Positions 9,666-18,475 of a stretch of 36,131 nucleotides of DNA are shown here, one piece after another (position 1 is the first letter of the stretch; every line of letters begins with the position of its first letter). Made by a program: the position numbers and the translations under genes. The stretch lies in assembly GCA_048938895.1 (NCBI GenBank), contig JBHLLU010000040.1, forward strand, positions 1-36,131. Direction: 5' to 3'. Origin of the DNA: Promethearchaeota archaeon. Its GTDB lineage: Archaea; Asgardarchaeota; Lokiarchaeia; Sigyniarchaeales; SOKP01. Under the pieces are notes generated by a model. It ran no database searches. It saw only the letters and a program-made list of their open reading frames with translations, and was not told the DNA's origin.

Positions 9666-10373
9666 TTATAACTTTATACCTAAATATAATCCCCTTTGCC
9701 TCATCAATCCATCTTTCAAAAATTCTGCATCAAATCCAGATTCTTTCATGATTTCTAAAAATTTCTCGGTTTCAAAAAGCCCTAATTCATGTCTTTCGAC
9801 AAAGTATTTAATATCTTTATCATGCTCTGCAATTAAATAATGCATATCCATTACTGAAAGATTTTCTTCTAACTTCGTTGTATTTAATCTTGCGATTTTA
9901 ATGTCTTTAGTATCATAAGTTGTCATTCCTGGTGTTCCGACCCAATATGTTGATTTTGTAAACCATGGTTCGATGATTACAATTCCACCAGATTTTAGAT
10001 GATTTGCAAAGTTTCGTATAGTTTTTTCTAAATTATCATAAGTTTTTACATGACCAATCGCACTAAAAAGGCAGGTAATAATGTCAAATTTATCCTCTAA
10101 ATTGAAATTTATCATGTCTGCTTGAATAAAACTAATCTCGTCTAACTTGGATTTAGCAATCTTGAGCATCTCATCATTTAAATCAATGCCAGTACAGATA
10201 AACCTATCTTTTAAATATTCGAGATGACTTCCTGTTCCACAACCTACATCAAGAAGCTTGGGATTATCTGAAATTTTACATTTCTTGATAAGTTTTTTGA
10301 TTTTACATACTTCTTTTTTATAATCTTTCCATGAATAAATCAAATCATAATATTGAGCTAATTCTTTATACAT
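9666..10373 (-). CDS. Class I SAM-dependent methyltransferase, TylM1/DesVI-like (amino-sugar N-methyltransferase fold)
   Basis: LLDVGCGTG motif I, FDIITCLFSAIGH, IIEPWF, MHYLIA...ERHELGLF and RGLYLG. Start set at ATG 10373 (MYKELAQYYDLIY) because the ORF-track extension to 10448 overlaps kce. Confidence 0.85.
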   Translation of the reverse strand: MYKELAQYYDLIYSWKDYKKEVCKIKKLIKKCKISDNPKLLDVGCGTGSHLEYLKDRFICTGIDLNDEMLKIAKSKLDEISFIQADMINFNLEDKFDIITCLFSAIGHVKTYDNLEKTIRNFANHLKSGGIVIIEPWFTKSTYWVGTPGMTTYDTKDIKIARLNTTKLEENLSVMDMHYLIAEHDKDIKYFVERHELGLFETEKFLEIMKESGFDAEFLKDGLMRQRGLYLGIKL

Positions 10374-10407
10374 AATAATCTCAAAGAATTTTTTTTTATT
10401 TTTATAA

Positions 10408-11229
10408 TTATATAGTAAGGATTTTACGTGCTTCCTTTGGTGTTGCAATTTCTCTCCCCAATTCTTCTGCTATTTTAACCACTTTTTCAACTAATTCTCC
10501 ATTTGACTTTGCCAAAACACCTTTAGAAAGATACACATTATCCTCAAATCCAACTCTGGCATGTCCTCCTCTTTCAATAGATATTGACACCATTGGAAAT
10601 TCATATCTGCCAATTCCAGTAACGGTATAGGTAGATCCTTCTGGTATGCTTTCTATTAGAAAGTTTAAATTTCGAGGAGAACCATTCATACCTCCAACCA
10701 CGCCAAGAACAAAATTGAAATGCATTGGATCTTTAATATAACCCTTATCGTGTAATCGTAATACCATATCAACCATACCCTTATCAAAGCATTCTAATTC
10801 ATATTTTATTCCCAAACGATTCATTTCTTCAGCAAAGTAAATAATAGAATTTTCACTATTCACAAAAATATCATCACCACCAAAATTCATAGTCCCACAA
10901 TCTAAAGTGGCTATTTCAGGAGGAGGATCCAAGTATATTGGCTGTAATCTTTCCTCATTACTCATTCCCAAAGCACCACCTGTGGAAGGTAAAATAATAA
11001 TGTCTGGGCATCTTTCTATAATTTCTTCAATGCAAGCTTTAAATCTTTCTTTACTTTGTGTAGGGGTCCCATTATCTTCTCTAACATGTAAATGAATGAT
11101 ACTGGCACCAGCATTATAAGCATATTCAGCTTCTCTTCCAATTTCCTTAACAGTGTAAGGAATGTTAGGATTATTCTCTTTTGTTACCTCTGCTCCACAT
11201 ATTGCACCGGTTATTATTAATTTCTCCAT
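10408..11229 (-). CDS. kce: 3-keto-5-aminohexanoate cleavage enzyme (DUF849/BKACE)
   Basis: LIITGAICGAE, GASIIHLHVR (HxH metal ligands), STGG, TLDCGTMNFG and GGHARVGFEDN. Located upstream of kdd. Confidence 0.93.
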   Translation of the reverse strand: MEKLIITGAICGAEVTKENNPNIPYTVKEIGREAEYAYNAGASIIHLHVREDNGTPTQSKERFKACIEEIIERCPDIIILPSTGGALGMSNEERLQPIYLDPPPEIATLDCGTMNFGGDDIFVNSENSIIYFAEEMNRLGIKYELECFDKGMVDMVLRLHDKGYIKDPMHFNFVLGVVGGMNGSPRNLNFLIESIPEGSTYTVTGIGRYEFPMVSISIERGGHARVGFEDNVYLSKGVLAKSNGELVEKVVKIAEELGREIATPKEARKILTI

Positions 11230-11393
11230 ATCAATATCAATATTTCTATTGTTTTAAATATAATCTCTTCGATATTAGCATTACACCTAAATTAAACCAA
11301 ATATTCTAAAGTTAACACGCTTGTAAGATAGACTTTAAATATAAAAGTTACATTTAAAATATTCAATTCAAGTTTAACGATACATGAAAGAAA

Positions 11394-12575
11394 ATGAAAG
11401 AAGATAATCAAATTAAAGAAATATCTCAGGAGGATGAAGAGGGTGCCCAAAGATTTTTCCAAATAGATTTATTAAAGTCTTTTATGATCCTCCTTGTTAT
11501 ACTTGATCATTCAATTGCTTTTACAGGTTTATATGGCCCAGGATTTGAATTATGGCAAAGAATTGCAATACCCATGTTTCTTGTAATAATGGGATTTAAT
11601 ATGGGTAATTCTTTTTCAAAAGAAGGAGGAAAATCTTTAAGAGAACTTTATTCAAAGGATTATTTTAAGAAGAAATTTTGGCGATATATTTATCCTTATC
11701 TAATTTTATATAGTATTGGTACAATTTTTGGGTTTATATTATATGGTGCTGCCTTTCCTGAAACTCTAAATGAAAATTGGTTATTAGAATATATTATTTT
11801 TCAAAAGTCTCTTCTTGAAGGTCCAGGGAATTGGTTTATACCTGTTTTATTTCAATCTATATTTCTTATGCCCTTACTGTATAAATGCTTTTTAAAAGTA
11901 CCAAAAACATCTTTAACCTTATGCTTTATTATTGAGTTTCTTATGCATTTAATGATATTTTTTATTTTTGGAAAGATAACTAGTACTGGAGAATTAATAC
12001 GGTCATTAAATTTTCGCTATAATATTCTTTTATATCTTTCCGCAATAGGAATGGGAATGTGGTTTTCCAGGAATTATAATCTGTTCAATAAGAAGAATAT
12101 ATTTGTATGGATTTTATTTCCAATAAGTATAATATATATGATAGCCTGGGATTTCTATGATTTTCGCTTGGTTATAAATAGAGGAGATATCCTAACAGGA
12201 GATTATAATTTCTTAACATTTATCTATTCTGCATTTCTCTTTTTAGTTGTTATGAAATTGATATCGCAAAATCCAAAAACTAAAAAGTTAAAAATTTTCA
12301 AAATGATAAGTAGTGCAACTTTTCATATCTATTTAACTCAAGATATTTATTTTGTTATATCGTATATTTTCCATGACTCAATTTGGGTATATGGGGTATC
12401 ATTAATTAACATTCTAGGTATAAGTTCTAATGAGTTCTTGATAAATTTTGGTTTATTAACAACAAATTGGATAATATGTATTTTCTGTGGAATTTTTTGG
12501 TGGTACCTTGATCACAAACTGATTAAATATTATCAAATTAGAAAATTAAGAAAGATGAATCATTCAATTATATAA
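11394..12575 (+). CDS. Acyltransferase family 3 (OafA-like) polytopic membrane protein
   Basis: RFFQIDLLKSFMILLVILDH, AIPMFLVIMG, GNWFIP and SSATFHIYLTQ. About 10 hydrophobic segments. Confidence 0.8.
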   Translation: MKEDNQIKEISQEDEEGAQRFFQIDLLKSFMILLVILDHSIAFTGLYGPGFELWQRIAIPMFLVIMGFNMGNSFSKEGGKSLRELYSKDYFKKKFWRYIYPYLILYSIGTIFGFILYGAAFPETLNENWLLEYIIFQKSLLEGPGNWFIPVLFQSIFLMPLLYKCFLKVPKTSLTLCFIIEFLMHLMIFFIFGKITSTGELIRSLNFRYNILLYLSAIGMGMWFSRNYNLFNKKNIFVWILFPISIIYMIAWDFYDFRLVINRGDILTGDYNFLTFIYSAFLFLVVMKLISQNPKTKKLKIFKMISSATFHIYLTQDIYFVISYIFHDSIWVYGVSLINILGISSNEFLINFGLLTTNWIICIFCGIFWWYLDHKLIKYYQIRKLRKMNHSII

Positions 12576-13767
12576 TTCCCTCTTGATACATCTTATCAAC
12601 ATCTTCTTCATTATATCCTAAAGAATTTAGAATTTCTCTAGTGTGCTGACCCAAACAAGGGGGGGCTGTTCGAATCTCTCCAGGTGTATCGGAAAGCTTG
12701 ATGGGAATCCCAGTCACTTTAACTTTACCTGCCTTTAAATGATCCAGATCTTTTACCATTTTTCTATGGATAACTTGAGGATCAGAAAAGATATCTTTCA
12801 TATTGTATATAGGACCACGAGGTACTCCTGCTCTTTTCAAAGTATTTAACCAATGCGACGCATCTTTTGTTTTGATAATGTTTTCAATTATTCCAACTAT
12901 TTCTTCCCTATTTTCAACTCGTTTAGAATTTGTTGCGAATTTAGGATGATCCATAATTTCTTCTAATCCAACAGCTTTACAAAATTTTTGCCAAAGTTGA
13001 TCATTACCCACGGCTATATTAACATATGTATCCTTTGCTTTAAATGATTGATAAGGTACTATGGTTGGGTGACCTGAACCCAGTGGTTGTGGAATTTCAC
13101 CCGAAGCAAAATAGGCTCCTGCTCTATAAGTAAGCCATGCAACTTGACTATCAAATAACGAAACATCAATCATTTGACCTATTTCAGATTCTTTCCGGTT
13201 AAATAAGGCAATAATAATCCCAAAGGCGGCAAACATTCCTCCTGCTATATCAGCTACAGCAATCCCGACCTTAATTGGGGGACCATTTGGTTCTCCTGTC
13301 AAACTCATTAATCCCCCCATGCCTTGTAACACTTGATCAAATCCAGGTAACAACCGATATGGACCATCTTGCCCAAAGCCCGAGATACTTGCATAAATTA
13401 TTTTAGGATTTAACTCTTTTACCTGTTTATAACCGAAACCTAACTTTTCCATAGTACCAGGTCTAAAATTTTCTACAAGTACATCTGATTGCTCTATCAA
13501 TTTCTTGAAAATCTCTTTAGATTTTACATTTTTCAAATTTAGAGTTAGACTCTTTTTGTTTCGATTGACACTCAGAAAATAAGCACTCTCTCCTTCTATA
13601 AAGGGAGGTCCCCAAGATCTGGAGTCATCTCCTCTTCCAGGCATTTCCAATTTTATGACTTCTGCACCCATATCTGCCAACATCATTGTACAGTAAGGTC
13701 CAGCGAGAGCTCTTGTTAAATCCAAAACTCTAATACCTTCTAGTGGACGAACCATAAATTGATTCAC
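12568..13767 (-). CDS. Family III (CaiB/BaiF/Frc) CoA-transferase
   Basis: PLEGIRVLDLTRALAGP, NRNKKS, ENFRPG, SISGFGQDGP, GFDQVLQ (catalytic Asp) and PPCLGQHT. Overlaps kat by 1 nt. Confidence 0.93.
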   Translation of the reverse strand: MNQFMVRPLEGIRVLDLTRALAGPYCTMMLADMGAEVIKLEMPGRGDDSRSWGPPFIEGESAYFLSVNRNKKSLTLNLKNVKSKEIFKKLIEQSDVLVENFRPGTMEKLGFGYKQVKELNPKIIYASISGFGQDGPYRLLPGFDQVLQGMGGLMSLTGEPNGPPIKVGIAVADIAGGMFAAFGIIIALFNRKESEIGQMIDVSLFDSQVAWLTYRAGAYFASGEIPQPLGSGHPTIVPYQSFKAKDTYVNIAVGNDQLWQKFCKAVGLEEIMDHPKFATNSKRVENREEIVGIIENIIKTKDASHWLNTLKRAGVPRGPIYNMKDIFSDPQVIHRKMVKDLDHLKAGKVKVTGIPIKLSDTPGEIRTAPPCLGQHTREILNSLGYNEEDVDKMYQEGII

Positions 13768-15011
13768 TACATTAATTTTTTAGTTTCATTTAGGGATTCA
13801 CTAATCATATCCGCAGCATAATCTAGATCTTCAGGCGTATGCCTATAACATATATACCCATGATGAAATGGTTGTAAGAACACTTTCCGTCTAATCAATT
13901 GTCTATAAAATTCCTCACGTAATTTTTTATAGAGATTTTTAGGATCACGTTCAAATGTAATGTATGGCATCCAAGGTTCTCCTGTAAAAACGCACGGAAC
14001 CTTGCTTTCTTCTATTAAATCTTTAACTTTATTTGCAAAAATTGTTCCTTTTTTGTTAATATCTTCTAATACATTTTCACGTTCCATTATCTCCAATGTT
14101 TTAAGAGCTGCAACCTGAGCAAGACTATTAGGAAAAAATGTTGAACTAAGAAAAACATGTTCAACTAGTTCATCCATATATTCTTTCTTACCTGTAAGTA
14201 CTCCAATAGGATATCCATTTGCTAAAGCTTTTCCAAATGCAGCTAAATCAGGTATAACCCCCAATTTCTTTTGAGCTCCTCCAAGATCTAAACGAAAACC
14301 AGTACGAATCTCGTCATATATCAGCAAAGAACCATAATCGTTTGCTAATCCACGGACTCCTTCTAAAAATCCAGGCTTAGGCATCTCTACTTGATTACCA
14401 CCGGGGTGATTGATAGGAGTCAAAATTATTGCAGCAACATCCTTCCCATATTGATTCATAAGATGACTGATATGATCTAGGTTGTTATATTCAAATTCAA
14501 TTACATCTTCATATAATTTTTCTGGTATCCCCCCTTTCTGTTCAACGCACCAATCGTGCCAACCATGATATCCACATCTTAGTATTTTAATCCTGTTTGT
14601 ATAACTCCGTGCTACTCGAATAGCAGAAGTTGTAGCATCCGATCCCATTTTAACGAAAACCATTTTTTCAGCACATGGGATTAATTCGTTTAATTTTTTT
14701 GCTAATTGATTTTGAACTGGTTGAGTTAGTGACATACAGAAGCCTTTCTCTTTAATTTGTTTTATAACTTCATTATCAATTTCTTCTTCTCTGTGACCAA
14801 TAATTATAGGTCCATATGCACAAAGCATATCTATATACTCATTTCCATCAACATCAATAACCTTACCACCCTTAGCAGCTTCAAAGAATATTGGATATTC
14901 TCCTTCTACAAAATTATATGGTCGTCTGATACCTAAAATCGCCCCAGGTATTAACCCTAATGCTTCTTCATAGAGTTTGAAAGTATTTTCAAGATTTAAT
15001 TTCTCATTCAT
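13767..15011 (-). CDS. kat: 3-aminobutyryl-CoA aminotransferase (class III PLP aminotransferase, Kat type)
   Basis: Class III motifs DEIRTGFR and FGKALANG. GIRRPYNFVEGEYPIFF, GYHGWHDWCVE.KGGIP, VFLSSTFFPNS, PWMPYITF and QP.HHGYICYRHT match my recollection of Cloacimonas Kat. Co-oriented upstream of kce/kdd. Confidence 0.85.
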   Translation of the reverse strand: MNEKLNLENTFKLYEEALGLIPGAILGIRRPYNFVEGEYPIFFEAAKGGKVIDVDGNEYIDMLCAYGPIIIGHREEEIDNEVIKQIKEKGFCMSLTQPVQNQLAKKLNELIPCAEKMVFVKMGSDATTSAIRVARSYTNRIKILRCGYHGWHDWCVEQKGGIPEKLYEDVIEFEYNNLDHISHLMNQYGKDVAAIILTPINHPGGNQVEMPKPGFLEGVRGLANDYGSLLIYDEIRTGFRLDLGGAQKKLGVIPDLAAFGKALANGYPIGVLTGKKEYMDELVEHVFLSSTFFPNSLAQVAALKTLEIMERENVLEDINKKGTIFANKVKDLIEESKVPCVFTGEPWMPYITFERDPKNLYKKLREEFYRQLIRRKVFLQPFHHGYICYRHTPEDLDYAADMISESLNETKKLM

Positions 15012-15226
15012 ATTTCTTCCTCAAATTGAGAATAATATAGATCATATAATTATTGAAGATTTTTAAAAGGAAACATCTCACAAATCAGTGTTTATATTTC
15101 ACAAAATTTATTTGATTTTTGCTTTCTTTAGACAAACTGTTCCAGTTTTGAGATTATATTTAATAATAAGAGCATTTTAGTTATCAAATTATCTTAGATC
15201 TTTCGAATAAGAAAAATAAATGGGTG

Positions 15227-15403
15227 ATGCAAAGAGTGGGAGAAAAATTAGTATGTTCCGTTTGTGGTAGGGAACAAAACGTTCCTAAATGCTGTGATAA
15301 ATCAATGGTGATTAAGGATGGTTATTTATTATGTTGTTGCTCAGAAGAATGCGGGTATCAACCCATCCCTGAATGTTGTGGGAAAAAAATGATATACGTA
15401 TAA
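15227..15403 (+). CDS. Small Cys-rich protein (58 aa, 10 Cys), tandem desulforedoxin-like metal-binding motifs
   Basis: Below the ORF-track cutoff. Translation: MQRVGEKLVCSVCGREQNVPKCCDKSMVIKDGYLLCCCSEECGYQPIPECCGKKMIYV*. It fills the gap between kat and the next gene, and GGTG immediately precedes the ATG. Confidence 0.8.
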   Translation: MQRVGEKLVCSVCGREQNVPKCCDKSMVIKDGYLLCCCSEECGYQPIPECCGKKMIYV

Positions 15404-15440
15404 AATCAAAAGAAAAAGAAAAATTCTAAAAAATTAATTT

Positions 15441-17018
15441 TTACCATACTAAATTTGCGATTACATCTTTAGCTGTTTCTGCTTGTTTTTTCCCAAGAAT
15501 TTTACGAATCCTTAAATCATTAATCGCATCTTCTAACCGTGTATCAAGATTTTTCATTTCCATTAAGTTATTTTTGTCTCCTTGTGTTTCTACTAAGTCA
15601 ATCATAGAATTATCTTTGTTCATAAGATTCCTAAGTTTCTGTCTAAAACTTTCTTTAACTTTTGTACTTACGGGCCTACCTTTTTCAATTAATATAGGTA
15701 ATACCGGAGCTCTTTCTGTGCTACTATTCGTTTTAGGATCTATGAAATAAAAAATATAAATTGGGATACCTACTACAATATTTTGAGTTTTCAACTCGAG
15801 AGTATAACTGTTAAAGAAGTTTTGAACGTCAGTCATTTCCTTGTCTTTAATACGTTCGATATTATCTAAAGAGGATTGTTTTTCAGTTTTAATTTGGGCG
15901 ACTACTCCTTCAGCTGAACTTAGATCTTTGCTTAATCCAGAATGTTTAGCATCAATTTGTTTTTCGACTTCAGCTTTTTTACGTTCTAATTCCTTAATTT
16001 TCAATTGTCGCGTCTTTTCTAAATCAGAAATTTCACGTTGTACATTTTTCCTTAGTTGAGCAATTTCATTTTTGTACCGTGTAATTGAATTTCCTAAATC
16101 TTGATATTTAATATCAATATCTTTTAAAGATTCTTCTGTTAGGAAAAGATCTCTTTGATTGAGCGCGTTCCGCATACTATCAACGCTTCCTTTTAACGCA
16201 TTAATGTTATTATGCAATTCCCCAGTTTTATCATTCATTTTATATTTGCCGCTCTTTACTAATTCTTCTGGAGTTTTTTCAATCTCTCGTTCTTTTTCTG
16301 CTTGAATTTCTTTATTAAGTACTGCTAATTGTTTTTCTTCTTCTCCTGTATCAACCTTAGTATCTCTTATTTTATCGACGTCTTTTCCTCCTTTTTCAAC
16401 CCATCTTTCACATAATTTTGTAATGGCATCTCCAAAAGTATCAAGGAGTTTAACATCCTTCTGAGATAAATATTCAGGTATATCATTTACAATTTTTGTC
16501 TGATTGACGCTTTTTGAAATAGGTCCTCCCTCGAGTAGAAAATACGAAGAGGGATGTGCACTTAAATTATATTGATTTAAGAAAAAATTCTGAAAATACC
16601 CAATTTCACTAGTATTAAAGAGAGCTTCTTGGATAACCATACCCCTTTTAAAATTCCTAGATCTTTTGAGGTAGGTGCTATTATATTGTTGTAAGGAATT
16701 GAGAAAACTTTCTGGATCTGCTCCTTTAACTACTGCTTCCGGTCTGGGGGGCATTTGGGCAAATTTTCCGACGTTCAATTTTTCTTGTTTGTTATAGAGA
16801 TAACTCATTACACAAGCTCGAGTATCGGATAACGGACTTAATCTAACAGGCCAAAATGCCATTGAAATTTTTGATACTTTGCCCAATTTTTTAAGACTTT
16901 TACTATAAATACCAATACATTCAATTAAAGCCATTGTTAATTCATTTAATATGGTAGCTTGGCTTCTTGCGGGAGTAATTTCGTCTAAATTAATTAAGAA
17001 GGGACATACTTTATCCAT
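15441..17018 (-). CDS. Hypothetical protein with long central coiled coil
   Basis: About 525 aa from ATG 17018 (the ORF track extends to TTG 17060). Central K/E/Q-rich heptad region (EEKQLAVLNKEIQAEKERE...LEKTRQLKIKELERKKAEVEKQIDAK) between globular-looking ends. No family recognised. Confidence 0.8.
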   Translation of the reverse strand: MDKVCPFLINLDEITPARSQATILNELTMALIECIGIYSKSLKKLGKVSKISMAFWPVRLSPLSDTRACVMSYLYNKQEKLNVGKFAQMPPRPEAVVKGADPESFLNSLQQYNSTYLKRSRNFKRGMVIQEALFNTSEIGYFQNFFLNQYNLSAHPSSYFLLEGGPISKSVNQTKIVNDIPEYLSQKDVKLLDTFGDAITKLCERWVEKGGKDVDKIRDTKVDTGEEEKQLAVLNKEIQAEKEREIEKTPEELVKSGKYKMNDKTGELHNNINALKGSVDSMRNALNQRDLFLTEESLKDIDIKYQDLGNSITRYKNEIAQLRKNVQREISDLEKTRQLKIKELERKKAEVEKQIDAKHSGLSKDLSSAEGVVAQIKTEKQSSLDNIERIKDKEMTDVQNFFNSYTLELKTQNIVVGIPIYIFYFIDPKTNSSTERAPVLPILIEKGRPVSTKVKESFRQKLRNLMNKDNSMIDLVETQGDKNNLMEMKNLDTRLEDAINDLRIRKILGKKQAETAKDVIANLVW

Positions 17019-17206
17019 TTTTGGTTCACTTGATATTTCTATATTTATTCTTAATAACAAGATGATAATTAAATTTATGGTTTTGATGAATTTTGAAAAA
17101 ATCTCTTGAGAAATTGATAATTACTTCGTGCAAAGAAACTCTTAAAGATTTAAATAAGTTCAAGGAAAAATAATATCATTGATAAAATCAAAATTTATTT
17201 GGTGAA

Positions 17207-18025
17207 TTGAAGATAGAAGAAAAATTTCTAGAAGGAAAAGGATGTCTTATTACTGGAGGAGCATCTGGTTTTGGAAGAAGTGTTGCTTATGCTTTTGCTG
17301 AAATTGGCGCGGATTTGGTGTTAGTTGATATTAACGAAGAATTACTTAATGAAACAAGCAAAAATATAGAAATGGAAACAAGAAAAAAAGTTATACCTGC
17401 TATATGTGATGTATCAGATGCAAAACAAGTTAAAAAAATGGCAGAACAAGCTTTTTCTGAGTTAGATAATGTATATATCTTATTTAATAACGCAGGTACG
17501 GGGACAAGTTATGGCGTAGATATCCTAAAAATAGGAGAAAAAGCATGGGATTTAACCATAAATACAAATCTTAAAGGACAATGGTTAGTAGATAAATTTG
17601 TGTGCCGAAAGATGAATAGACAGAAATTTAAGCCATTAAGAGGCAAGGTTATACATACAACTTCAATTGCGGGGAAAGTTGTCGACCCTCTCCTTCCTGT
17701 TTATAGCTTAAGCAAGCTAGGAATAATTGGGTTGACTCAACTTGTAGCTAAAAGTTTAGCCCCGCATATTACCTCAAATGCAATAGCACCAGGATTTCAT
17801 CCAACGGGTGTTTATGGAAATAGCGAAGATATCATGATTCAAACTATGAAAGATGGAAATGTTAAAACTCCATTGAATCGAACCGGAACAGTAGAAGATG
17901 TTGTAAATTTAATGATCTTTTTAGCTTCACCTAGAAGTGACTTTATTACGGGTCATACTTTTCCTATAGACGGAGGTATTGCTGAAGTAGGAGTACCACC
18001 AAATACATTGAAATCTGAAATTTAA
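17207..18025 (+). CDS. Short-chain dehydrogenase/reductase (classical SDR)
   Basis: TGGASGFG, NNAG, YSLSK (YxxxK), NAIAPG and FITGHTFPIDGG. GGTGA Shine-Dalgarno before the TTG start. Confidence 0.93.
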   Translation: MKIEEKFLEGKGCLITGGASGFGRSVAYAFAEIGADLVLVDINEELLNETSKNIEMETRKKVIPAICDVSDAKQVKKMAEQAFSELDNVYILFNNAGTGTSYGVDILKIGEKAWDLTINTNLKGQWLVDKFVCRKMNRQKFKPLRGKVIHTTSIAGKVVDPLLPVYSLSKLGIIGLTQLVAKSLAPHITSNAIAPGFHPTGVYGNSEDIMIQTMKDGNVKTPLNRTGTVEDVVNLMIFLASPRSDFITGHTFPIDGGIAEVGVPPNTLKSEI

Positions 18026-18082
18026 TTTATAAAAGAATCAATTTATATAAAAATCAAAATAGAAAAAAATGAGGAGAAAGAT

Positions 18083-18475
18083 ATGGATTTTATTATAGCA
18101 GGTTTAGAAATCTTTTTGGCAGCTGGTTTTTTTGGTTTTTGGATCTATTTTTTCATTTTTGAAAATAAAAAACCTGACCAAAGAGAAGGATATCTCGAAT
18201 TCGAAAGATCATTTCCTTTAGCAGATTTAGGATGGGCTGTACCTTGTTTAATCGTAGGTGCTATTGGTCTTATTATGAATGAAAAATTTGGGATCTTTTT
18301 CTCAATTACAGGAGGGGGTGCCTTAATTTTCTTAGGTTTACTTGATGTTTCACATAATCTACAATATGGGGGATATAAGGGAGCAAAATTTGATATTGCG
18401 TTAAATTTAATAGTTAATCTAATTTGTTTAATTTTCGGAACAATTTTCCTGATTTTTGGTTGGTTCAACATATAA
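18083..18475 (+). CDS. Small 4-TM membrane protein of unknown function
   Basis: Four hydrophobic segments and FERSFPLAD motif. GAGGAG upstream of the ATG. Co-oriented between two SDRs. Confidence 0.8.
   Translation: MDFIIAGLEIFLAAGFFGFWIYFFIFENKKPDQREGYLEFERSFPLADLGWAVPCLIVGAIGLIMNEKFGIFFSITGGGALIFLGLLDVSHNLQYGGYKGAKFDIALNLIVNLICLIFGTIFLIFGWFNI

Noticed and set aside
10374-10448. N-terminal extension of the methyltransferase ORF into kce (and similarly 26344-26436 into the acyl-CoA ligase)
   Set aside because: Both overlap the conserved 3' ends of upstream genes, and downstream ATGs (10373, 26343) give family-typical N-termini.
13767-15011. Annotation as glutamate-1-semialdehyde aminomutase (hemL)
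   Set aside because: It shares the class III fold but lacks HemL-typical GGVNSPVR and YHGHxD segments, and has Kat-like motifs and lysine-pathway context.
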